From Deltaproteobacteria bacterium (GTDB lineage Bacteria > Myxococcota_A > Polyangia > Fen-1088), in the NCBI GenBank assembly GCA_033763315.1, contig JANRKS010000021.1, positions 74,205-138,204 of the forward strand: a DNA stretch of 64,000 nucleotides, in the 5' to 3' direction. The position numbers and the translations under genes were made by a program. Positions 44,796 to 52,957 of the stretch are shown here, one piece after another. Position 1 is the stretch's first letter; the number at the start of each line of letters is the position of its first letter. The notes under the pieces are model-generated. The model did not search any database and had not been told where the DNA came from. It saw only the letters and a list, made by a program, of their open reading frames with translations.

Positions 44796-46264
44796 GCGCG
44801 AAACTTTTCCACGTCAATGCCGTGGCGGTCCACCGCGCGCTTGATCACCTTCCAATGGCGATCAAGTTCGCGGGCCACTTCGCTCACATTGCCTTGGTGC
44901 TTGCGCAGAAGCGCTTCTAACTCTTCCTTTGTTGGAATGCGCCGTGGTGAGCGACGACGCGACGGCCCGCCTTCATCGTCATCTTCCTCTTCGGGGGCAC
45001 TCGCCACCAACACGGGTGCGGATGGGCGGTTGCCGGTGCTTGTGCCTGTGGGGCCAAACCCATCAACGACGGTGCCGTTTTCGCCAACGAGGCCCGCGAT
45101 CTCTTCGGGCACGTGCGCCAACCCCAACTCAGCCGCGCCTTCACCCAAGAGCGCCGCCGTTTCGATCACCTTCTTGAGCTCGCGCACATTGCGCAGCCAA
45201 GGGTGAAGGCACAACGCCAAAAACAGCACAGGATCCAGCGGCTTCGAAGGCCCGCGCCCGCCATTCGTGAGGAAGAAGTGAATCAACACACCCAGATCCT
45301 CACGACGCGCGCGCAACGGCGGCAACGTGAAGGCGGCGGCACCCATGCGTCCCACGAGATCTTCGCGCAAACCGGGCGACCCGTTGCCACCACCGGGGCG
45401 GCTGGTGGCGGCCAACACGCGCGTTTCCACGTGACGCGAACGCGTGGCCCCCAACGGCACGATCTCGCGGCTTTGCAGAAACCGCAGCAACTTGGCCTGC
45501 GCGGTTTGTGGCATGTCGCCGATCTCATCCAGAAACAATGTGCCGCCCTCAGCCTCTTCAATCAGTCCACGCTTTGATTGCATGGCTTGCGAGTGAGCGC
45601 CGCGCACATAGCCAAACAGTTCGCTTTCAACCAAGTCGCCGGGCAACGCCGCGCAGTTCACGGCCACAAGCGGGCCACCGCGGCCGCTGGCCTTGTGAAT
45701 CGCCTCCGCATAAACCTCTTTGCCAACCCCGGTTTCCCCCACCAGCAAGATCTCATGCTCGGAGCGCGCCATCTTGCGCAGCTTCACTTCGCCGGCGGCG
45801 GTGGCGGGCGACGCGGTGACGATGGGGCCCAAAGGGTTGCGTGCAGAGTCGCTAAGGCATGCTTGATCGTCGGCGGACAGCCACCGGAAGACTGCCGCGT
45901 GGCCGCCGAAGAACAACAGATCACCATCGGCCAGGGGCACCGGGCCGCGCACCAAAGCGCCGTTGCGAAGCGTGCCGTTCGTGCTGCCTAGGTCTTCCAG
46001 CACGCACAAGCTGCCTTGGCGCTGGATGAAGGCGTGTTTGCCCGAGGCACGCCGGTGGGTGAGGCGCCAGGCGGGCAACGAATCTGTGGATTCGGCGTTG
46101 CGACCGATCTGCAAACCGCCCGGGCCGATCAACAGGACGCGCGCGGCGCCCGCAGGTGCGGCGCCCCCCAAAGCGGCATCTCCCACGACGATGAGGGACG
46201 GCGTGCGCGTCGACGACGCCACCGGAGATTGAATTTCCGTGCTGGGACCTGGCATGACGCTCAT
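44792..46264 (-). CDS. FHA-domain sigma54-type enhancer-binding protein (AAA+, Fis HTH)
   Basis: FHA: IGR, SGKHA, DLGSTNGT. AAA+: GETGVGKE, ESELFG-YVRGAHSQA, LFLDEIG, NVREL. C-terminal HTH GNVSEVARE. Start placed at ATG 46264. Confidence 0.9.
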   Translation of the reverse strand: MSVMPGPSTEIQSPVASSTRTPSLIVVGDAALGGAAPAGAARVLLIGPGGLQIGRNAESTDSLPAWRLTHRRASGKHAFIQRQGSLCVLEDLGSTNGTLRNGALVRGPVPLADGDLLFFGGHAAVFRWLSADDQACLSDSARNPLGPIVTASPATAAGEVKLRKMARSEHEILLVGETGVGKEVYAEAIHKASGRGGPLVAVNCAALPGDLVESELFGYVRGAHSQAMQSKRGLIEEAEGGTLFLDEIGDMPQTAQAKLLRFLQSREIVPLGATRSRHVETRVLAATSRPGGGNGSPGLREDLVGRMGAAAFTLPPLRARREDLGVLIHFFLTNGGRGPSKPLDPVLFLALCLHPWLRNVRELKKVIETAALLGEGAAELGLAHVPEEIAGLVGENGTVVDGFGPTGTSTGNRPSAPVLVASAPEEEDDDEGGPSRRRSPRRIPTKEELEALLRKHQGNVSEVARELDRHWKVIKRAVDRHGIDVEKFRA

Positions 46265-46315
46265 GTGGTGCCCATCGACCATACAACGGCCCGCGCGCGG
46301 CTCGAAGGCCCGGCG

Positions 46316-46373
46316 TGGGACTGCGGTTGGGACTCGTTGGGACTCGTTGGGACTCGCGTGGGTGCAGTCCCAA
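46316..46373. promoter_or_regulatory. Phased TGGGACT repeats, candidate enhancer/operator
   Basis: TGGGACT at 46316, 46328, 46338 and 46348 (three perfect GTTGGGACTC units, 46326-46355), plus an inverted AGTCCCAA at 46366-46373, in the divergent intergenic region. Confidence 0.6.
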
Positions 46374-46457
46374 GGAGATGGCGCGGAATCATGCGTTTTC
46401 GGCCGAAAGAGCGGGGATTTTGGCGGGGCACGCGTTTTTTCAGAAGGGCTGGAACGT

Positions 46458-46472
46458 TGGCACGAAGGTTGA
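46458..46472 (+). promoter_or_regulatory. sigma54-type promoter for the repeat-peptide gene
   Basis: TGGCACG-AAGG-TTGA: perfect -24 box, -12 box TTGA instead of TTGC; 76 bp upstream of ATG 46549. Confidence 0.65.
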
Positions 46473-46548
46473 AGTAGTCCCTCTCGTCCGAACGGCAGCA
46501 AGCCGCAAGACACCCACCAACCCCAACTTCCAACGAAAGAGATTCCCC

Positions 46549-46953
46549 ATGAAAACCTCCAAGATGATCGTTCGCACCTCCACTGGCATCAAAGCTGGCG
46601 GCCTCGTCTCCACCAACCACAACCGCGCTCTCATCAAAGCCGCTTCGGGCGCCAAGGCGGGCGGTCTCGTCTCCACCAACCACAACCGCGCTCTCGTCAA
46701 AGCTGCTTCGGGCGCCAAGGCGGGCGGTCTCACCAGCATGAACCACAACCGCGCTCTCGTTAAGGCTGCTTCGGGCGCCAAGGCGGGCGGTCTCACCAGC
46801 ATGAACCACAACCGCGCTCTCGTTAAGGCTGCTTCGGGCGCCAAGGCGGGCGGTCTCACCAGCATGAATCACAACCGCGCTCTCGTTAAGGCTGCTTCGG
46901 GCGCCAAGGCGGGCGGTCTCACCAGCATGAACCACAACCGCGGATTGATCTAA
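46549..46953 (+). CDS. Multi-cassette double-glycine peptide precursor (134 aa, six NHNR cassettes)
   Basis: MKTSKMIVRTSTGIKAGG-LVSTNHNR-ALIKAASGAKAGG-LVSTNHNR-[ALVKAASGAKAGG-LTSMNHNR]x4-GLI; purine-rich AAAGAGA upstream; a C39 transporter lies about 6.5 kb away. Confidence 0.8.
   Translation: MKTSKMIVRTSTGIKAGGLVSTNHNRALIKAASGAKAGGLVSTNHNRALVKAASGAKAGGLTSMNHNRALVKAASGAKAGGLTSMNHNRALVKAASGAKAGGLTSMNHNRALVKAASGAKAGGLTSMNHNRGLI
46591..46941 (+). repeat. Coding tandem repeat, 63-bp unit, about 5.6 copies
   Basis: Units begin at 46591 + 63n (last at 46906); differences between units are synonymous or conservative, and frame is preserved. Confidence 0.95.
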
Positions 46954-46958
46954 CTCGC

Positions 46959-49900
46959 TCATGATTCGCCACGGATCCAATCGGTTCCCGTTTTGAGATG
47001 AACGTGCGGGGACCGTGGTTCGGGAATGGCGGGAAACTTCAAGCCGAGCGAGTGTGCCTGTCGCGCCAGCAGACCAACATCTGGCAGTGACGCCAACACA
47101 CGCTCTCGATCGTCCTGGCTTTGCAAAACGCTCAAACGCTTCTCCAAAGCCACCAACGCTTCCGCAGCCACTTCGCGCGCCTGTGCCATATCTCCCTCAG
47201 CGCGAAGGCATTCAACCCCTGCAAGCCACACGAGAAACTCTGCGTGTTCAGCGCCACCCAAACGACGAAGCGTGGCCACAGCAGATTCGGCATAGATGCG
47301 CGCGTCCTTACCACGGCCCACCATCAGTAAGGCGCGCGCCAATGCAGCCTCGGCGGTGAACAGCAACGACGGTGTTTTGGCCAGATGGGACACGGCCTCC
47401 TCAGCCCGCGCCAGCGCCAGGTCGCCGCGCTCCTCCGCCAAAGCGGCTTGTGCCAACAAGATCGAGCAGAAGCCAACAACCCGTGGGTCGTTCTGCCCGT
47501 CGCCGCCCGCGAGAGCTTCTTCGACCATCTGGCGCGCCTCCGCGTTTTGTCGCCGGCACAGCAAGGTCGCTGCCAGATTCACCTGGCCCATAAGAAGCGT
47601 GTAGTGGCCGCCTAATCGACGCGACAATGCGATGAGGTCGCGTGCGGCCTTCTCAGCTTCTTGCAGTTGCCCGACGTCGGTCAGCGTGCACACAAGGTTG
47701 TTAAGCACCCCGCACGACTCGCGCAAATCTCCCACGATGTGGAACAGCTCAAGCGCGCGCCTTGCATCGTCGATGGATTGTTGCGCTTTTCCGAGAATGA
47801 GATGCAAATGCGTGCGCAGCGAATACCACATCGCGCGCAGACGAAGATCCCCACCAAGGGCCACTTCACGCACGTTCTCGAGAACGGAAATCACAACCAG
47901 CGGCTCGTTCAGGAACAAGAAGAATCCTGAGGCCTGAAGCACGGCATACGTCCACTGATGGGACGCGCCATCATCGCTCTGGCAATCGAGCAGCTGCTGG
48001 TGCGACTGCCTCATCAGGTCGAACTTCTGCTGATGACCAAGCGAGATCGTCAACTCGCGCAAAGCCTCCAGATGCAGATCGCCCCGCAACCACTCCAGAG
48101 CCTTACGCGCCGCCTCCTCACCTGCGGGCCAATCGCCCCGGTACATGTGCGCGCGGCATGCCACCAGATGCAAGCGCCCCAGCTCCTCGTCTTGCGGCCC
48201 TAAGGCGTGCGCGCGGGCGCAGCGGTCAAACACACCCTCAAAATCGCTGGCATCCAACGCTTGTTCGGCGGCCACGCGCCACTGAACCAAGGCCGCCTGC
48301 GTTTCGCCCGCGCGCTCGAAATGCGACGCCAACACAACACCATCACGTTCACCGCAGTCTTGCAGGTAAAACGCCGCAAGCTTGTGGCCCACGCGGCGAT
48401 CAACGTCCGTCAGCGTGTCGTAGGCCGCGTCTTTCACAAGGGCGTGGCGAAACTGCCAGCGCTCGTCGTAAGGGTTGACCTCGCCCGTGCTTGTGCGCAC
48501 GTCGGGCGACATGATGAGCTCGGCGTTCGACAACACGTCCAGCCACTCCACCACGTCCGCGCGCAGTTCCGCGGGCAACAAGGCCGCCACACCGCCCGCG
48601 ACAAAGCCTTCGCCAAACACAGAAGCCGCACGCAGCACACGTTTGCCGGCGTCACCCACTTGATCCAATCGCCCCTGCACAGCGGCCAAAACCGTGGGTG
48701 GCGTGGCGTGCCCCGCTCCACCGCCGTGAACCGCTTCCACGCGCACCAGTTCTTCGAGAAAGAACGGATTGCCATCGGCACGTTCGATCAAGGCCTGCGC
48801 GCGTTCGTCTGAAAGCTCAGGCAAAACCGCTTTGATCAACTCACGCGCCGCGCGTGCACGCAAAGGCGAAAGCGTGATGCGATCGGCGGTGTCGCGCCAC
48901 AGGTTGGGAAAGCGCGCGTTCACCTCGGGCCGCGCAAACGCCATCACAACGAGGGGCATGGTGCGATATGCCTTCATCGCGGCGTCCACCAGAGCGATCG
49001 AAGGTGCGTCGCCCCAGTGCAAATCCTCAAGCACCAGCAACACACGCGAATTCATCAGCGCGGCGGCCAACCAATCAAGCCAGGCCACGCGCACCTGATC
49101 TGCCATCGTGCGCGGATCTTGCCGCGCCGCCAACACCAGTGGGATAAGATGAGACGGTGTTTCAAGGCCCGCAATTTCGCCGAGAAACGCCCACACACGC
49201 GCGCGATCAGGGCCGGCCAACGTGGGCGCCGAAAGCGCCAAAAAGTCCTCAAGCTTCGCACTTTGCTGCCCGGGCGAATCCGTTGCCACCACCTGTGCCG
49301 CTTGTTTAAACGCCGCGCCCAAGATCTCGTATGGCGCCCCCGCCCTGAATGCATCGGCCACTCCCACCAACGGCAGCAGCACGTCGTCTTCCTCTTGCAA
49401 CCGCCGCAACAACTCACGCCGCAATCGTGATTTGCCAGCGCCCGCGGGCGCCAAGATCAAAGCGGCACCGCAGCGGGGCTCATCGAAGCATTCAGTCACC
49501 AAGGCTTCAAGCGAGCGCAGTTCGCGTTCACGCCCCACGAAAGGAACCTGCCGGCCCATCACCAAACGTGATGAAGCGTTGGCACCGATCTCACCCACCA
49601 GTTGGTATGCCGCGCCGGCTTCCGTTTGTTGCAGCAGCACGGAGAATTGCTCGCTCAGCAGTTCGGCTGTGTCTGCATCCACATAAACGGCCACCGCCTC
49701 GCCCATCGCTGACGATGCGGCCGCGGGCGACAACGCCACCAAGCGCGTGGTCTCGTCGATCGCTGCACCCACCAAAACGCGCCCCTCCACTGTGGCCCGC
49801 CCCAGCGCCAAGGCCATCGCTCGCCCTGCCAAGACCGAACGCAACTCCAACGCCGCGCGCGCCGCACGCACCGCAAGTTCACGCGCGCCGCCCACGCCGA

Positions 49901-51053
49901 ACGTCACCAAAGAAGACCCTGACAGCAACACCTGCGCCTCGCCGCCCCACCGGGCCACCACCTCTTGCAAACGTTTGGCTTCATCGGGCCGGGTGTCAGC
50001 CTGTGGCCCGGGGCCCACCATCAACACCATCACAGGGCGCGCTTCACGCGCACCCAACGACTTGGATGCAACCGGCTGCGCAGGCAACGTCCCCACAGAT
50101 TCAGCCACGGCGCGCAGTTGCGCTGCCAACGCCAGAGCGTCGGCCGGCCGATCCTCTGGCGCGCGCGACAACATGCGCGACACCACAGGCGGTAGGCCCG
50201 AGGGCAATACGTCCAACACGTCGGCGGGCACCACCGAATCAGCCAAAGCCAGTTTCGCCAAGCCCGCTGAACCTGCCCCCGCAAACACGGGGCGACCGGT
50301 GATGCACTCAACGAGCACACACCCCACGGCGAACACATCGGCGCGACCGTCGAGCTCCTTCTGCCCCAACGCTTGTTCGGGCGCCATATAAAGCGGCGTG
50401 CCCATCACCTGCCCCGTCAACGTGCGCATCCACCCGTGAACTTCACGTGCCACGCCGAAATCCAACAACTTTGCCTGCGCAAGATCGCCACCCGGCAGGA
50501 ACACGTTCGAGGGCTTAAAGTCGCGGTGAACCACGCCTCGTGCGTGCGCGGAGCCGAGCGCATCCAACATGCGCGCCATCACCAGGCATGCGTGCGCAGG
50601 CTCAAGTGGCCCGTGGTTCAAACGTTCGCGCAGGTTTTCACCCGCCAGCAGTTCCATCACCAAGTACGGCGCGCCCGCTGCTGTAAGCCCATGGTCCAGA
50701 TACTTCACGATGGCGGCGTGCCGCAGCGATGCCAGCACACGCGCTTCACGTTCAAACATCTGCGACGTATGAACGTCCACTTGGGCCGCCGTCTTCACCG
50801 CGACCAAAGCGCCCGACACACGATCGCGCGCACGGAACACCACGCCGCCCCCGCCAGAGCCGATCACAGCGAGGATCTGGTAGCGATCACCCAAGACATC
50901 ACCCCGCGTCGATGCAGCATCGACGTCGCGGCGAAGCTCGGCGACCGGCCCGACCTGCGTGGTGTCGTCCGGCTCGGAAGCGGTGGGAGGTGGGGGAGGG
51001 TGCCCCATGTGTGGCATCGGGTTACCACAAGCAAGGCCAGAACGCCTGTTCAT
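46959..51053 (-). CDS. Ser/Thr protein kinase fused to a degenerate cyclase-like region, an AAA/STAND-type ATPase and TPR-like helices
   Basis: IGSGGGGVV, VAVK, HRDFKPSN, DFG, GTPLYMAPEQ; FVGRERE, APAGAGKS, LEDLHWGD, GNPFFLEE; helical repeats at the C-terminus; exact start uncertain. Confidence 0.9.
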   Translation of the reverse strand: MNRRSGLACGNPMPHMGHPPPPPTASEPDDTTQVGPVAELRRDVDAASTRGDVLGDRYQILAVIGSGGGGVVFRARDRVSGALVAVKTAAQVDVHTSQMFEREARVLASLRHAAIVKYLDHGLTAAGAPYLVMELLAGENLRERLNHGPLEPAHACLVMARMLDALGSAHARGVVHRDFKPSNVFLPGGDLAQAKLLDFGVAREVHGWMRTLTGQVMGTPLYMAPEQALGQKELDGRADVFAVGCVLVECITGRPVFAGAGSAGLAKLALADSVVPADVLDVLPSGLPPVVSRMLSRAPEDRPADALALAAQLRAVAESVGTLPAQPVASKSLGAREARPVMVLMVGPGPQADTRPDEAKRLQEVVARWGGEAQVLLSGSSLVTFGVGGARELAVRAARAALELRSVLAGRAMALALGRATVEGRVLVGAAIDETTRLVALSPAAASSAMGEAVAVYVDADTAELLSEQFSVLLQQTEAGAAYQLVGEIGANASSRLVMGRQVPFVGRERELRSLEALVTECFDEPRCGAALILAPAGAGKSRLRRELLRRLQEEDDVLLPLVGVADAFRAGAPYEILGAAFKQAAQVVATDSPGQQSAKLEDFLALSAPTLAGPDRARVWAFLGEIAGLETPSHLIPLVLAARQDPRTMADQVRVAWLDWLAAALMNSRVLLVLEDLHWGDAPSIALVDAAMKAYRTMPLVVMAFARPEVNARFPNLWRDTADRITLSPLRARAARELIKAVLPELSDERAQALIERADGNPFFLEELVRVEAVHGGGAGHATPPTVLAAVQGRLDQVGDAGKRVLRAASVFGEGFVAGGVAALLPAELRADVVEWLDVLSNAELIMSPDVRTSTGEVNPYDERWQFRHALVKDAAYDTLTDVDRRVGHKLAAFYLQDCGERDGVVLASHFERAGETQAALVQWRVAAEQALDASDFEGVFDRCARAHALGPQDEELGRLHLVACRAHMYRGDWPAGEEAARKALEWLRGDLHLEALRELTISLGHQQKFDLMRQSHQQLLDCQSDDGASHQWTYAVLQASGFFLFLNEPLVVISVLENVREVALGGDLRLRAMWYSLRTHLHLILGKAQQSIDDARRALELFHIVGDLRESCGVLNNLVCTLTDVGQLQEAEKAARDLIALSRRLGGHYTLLMGQVNLAATLLCRRQNAEARQMVEEALAGGDGQNDPRVVGFCSILLAQAALAEERGDLALARAEEAVSHLAKTPSLLFTAEAALARALLMVGRGKDARIYAESAVATLRRLGGAEHAEFLVWLAGVECLRAEGDMAQAREVAAEALVALEKRLSVLQSQDDRERVLASLPDVGLLARQAHSLGLKFPAIPEPRSPHVHLKTGTDWIRGES

Positions 51054-51224
51054 TCTTGCTCCAAAGCGTCACCGTCCTTACGACGGCTATCAGCGCGCAT
51101 CGCCCAGAGCACACCGCGTCATGAGCGAAGCCAGGTCCAAATTTGCCCGAAGTCCCCATAACCGTTCGGTTTCTACGCGGATGCGCGCCAAACCTCACGC
51201 GAGTCGTGGCACACTGGCGACATC

Positions 51225-51602
51225 GTGAGCGCTCAGCTTGACATCGAACGCCTGCGGGCGGATTTGCACAAACTGCGGGACGCCCTGCTGGCTGAGGGGG
51301 ACCTGCCCATCGAACCAGCCACGGACAAAACCGACGACGACGAAGCGCCTCTGGCCGAGATGAACCAGGTCATCGCTTCCAAGCGGAACGCTGAACGTGC
51401 CGCCACCCTCAAGCGGATCGCGGCGGCATTGACCAGGCTCGAAAATGACCCTGACGACTTCGGTAACTGCGTGGAATGCGGCGATCCCATCGGCAAGCGC
51501 CTCCTGGCCCTGCCCTACGTCGACCTTTGCCTGCAATGCCAAGAAGAACAAGACGGCTCACCCAAAGCCGGTCGGCGGCGCCACTTGATGGACTTTCGCT
51601 AA
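51225..51602 (+). CDS. DksA/TraR-family C4 zinc-finger protein
   Basis: Coiled coil followed by FGNCVECGDPIGKRLLALPYVDLCLQC. Confidence 0.85.
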   Translation: MSAQLDIERLRADLHKLRDALLAEGDLPIEPATDKTDDDEAPLAEMNQVIASKRNAERAATLKRIAAALTRLENDPDDFGNCVECGDPIGKRLLALPYVDLCLQCQEEQDGSPKAGRRRHLMDFR

Positions 51603-51608
51603 ACGCTC

Positions 51609-52913
51609 ATGCCCGCGTCCCAAGAGTTCGACCCGCTGGCGGGACGCAGTTCATTGCGCGCCGGCTTGAACTTGCTGGGCATCGAACGGCTGGCGTTGAC
51701 GATCTACAACACCGCTTTTCCATCACTGTCCGAAGAAGAGCTGGGTTGTGGCTCGCCCTATAGCCACGGTGGCCACGCCTTCATGCGTTTCGCCCATGAG
51801 CTCGGCTTTGATACTTTGATCTTGGGCCCTCAAGGCCAAACACACGCCACGCAGCGTTCGCCTTACGCGGGATGCGCCTTCTTCCGCAACCTGCTGGCGG
51901 TGGCGCCGTTGCCGTTGACCTCGCCGCGGCTCAACCTGCTGTCGCAGACGCACCTGCAACGTTTGGTGCGCGGCGCCCCGGTGAGCCAGGGCGGCGCGGC
52001 GCTTGATCGCGTCGACTTTGCGTATGCGTGGAACAGCGCCCGCGGTCTGCTCGACGGTGCGGTTGCTGGTTTGTCGCAAGCGAGCGAAGCCTTGGTCCCC
52101 ATGCAAGCTGCCTTTCGTACTTACGTGCAGGAACAGCTAACGACGGGCTCGTGGCTGGAACGCGGCTGTTTGTTTTCAGCCTTGGCGGAAACACGCGGCA
52201 CCGACGACTGGGCACGATGGCCAGAAGCCGATCGTCATCTGTATCGTGACGTCGAAGCTTCGAGAGGCGGAAAACGCATTTCAGGTCTGCTGCAAAGCCT
52301 GAAGAAACCCGTTGAACAAGCTGCTTTGGGGCAATTTCTGCTGCAGTGGCAGCACAGCGATCTGGAGCGAGAAGCGCGCTCGCTGGGATTGGCGCTATGG
52401 ACGGAGGTGAACGCAAGCCTTTTGCCGCAAAGCCTGCAGGACGCGTGGGCGTACGGTGAACATTTGCCCTCTTTACAAAGCCGGATTCAGCATTGGCAGG
52501 ATCACTTCGACGGCGTGCAGGTCGTGGACGTGGAAAACAGCGGCACGGCGAAGTTCGTAAGCACCACGGCCGTGGATGAACCGCCTGTGTGGTCGCGCGC
52601 GGCAAGCGCACAAAGCGCCGAGGAAGAAGCGGCGAAAACATTCGCTGCAGGCCACACCCACGTCGCCGTTCTGTTCACGGATCTGTTTGGCCTCAAGGAT
52701 TCCTATGCCGGATCGACAGCGCCGGCCGAAGCGCGCTTCGCGCTGCGCGTTCCCGCCGACTACGCGCGCACTTATCCCGCCAACGCGCGTGCAACAGCCG
52801 CACTCGATCTGAGACGTGTGGTTGCACTGGCCTTGCGCTCAAAGGTTCATAACAACGCCTCATCGGCCCTCGCCACGGCCCTCATGGCCGAAGCCGCACA
52901 CGCACCGTTTTAG
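51609..52913 (+). CDS. Shortened, degenerate 4-alpha-glucanotransferase (GH77/MalQ)-like protein
   Basis: N-terminal MalQ-like elements (LGFDTLILGP, SPY, RVDFAYA, WARWP, QFLLQWQ..L...ARSLGLALW) are present, but I could not find the GAPP/GQxW or RIDH motifs; 434 aa. Confidence 0.55.
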   Translation: MPASQEFDPLAGRSSLRAGLNLLGIERLALTIYNTAFPSLSEEELGCGSPYSHGGHAFMRFAHELGFDTLILGPQGQTHATQRSPYAGCAFFRNLLAVAPLPLTSPRLNLLSQTHLQRLVRGAPVSQGGAALDRVDFAYAWNSARGLLDGAVAGLSQASEALVPMQAAFRTYVQEQLTTGSWLERGCLFSALAETRGTDDWARWPEADRHLYRDVEASRGGKRISGLLQSLKKPVEQAALGQFLLQWQHSDLEREARSLGLALWTEVNASLLPQSLQDAWAYGEHLPSLQSRIQHWQDHFDGVQVVDVENSGTAKFVSTTAVDEPPVWSRAASAQSAEEEAAKTFAAGHTHVAVLFTDLFGLKDSYAGSTAPAEARFALRVPADYARTYPANARATAALDLRRVVALALRSKVHNNASSALATALMAEAAHAPF

Positions 52914-52957
52914 CCACACCCCTGGTGCGGCCCATGGCCTTGTGACACAACTGCCGC

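Noticed and set aside
46315-46548. N-terminal extension of the precursor ORF (212 aa) and of the EBP ORF (to 46513)
   Set aside because: Both extensions run through the repeat/promoter region and look non-protein-like; starts at 46549 and about 46264 fit better.
46591-46941. 63-bp tandem array as a CRISPR array or non-coding VNTR
   Set aside because: No unique spacers and no cas genes; the unit is a multiple of 3 and variation is synonymous or conservative in one open frame, so it is coding.
46261-46980. Antisense ORFs 46261-46980 (239 aa) and 46440-46865 (141 aa) over the repeat
   Set aside because: They are open only because the repeat lacks stops. The + strand frame has the promoter, the double-Gly motifs and third-position variation.
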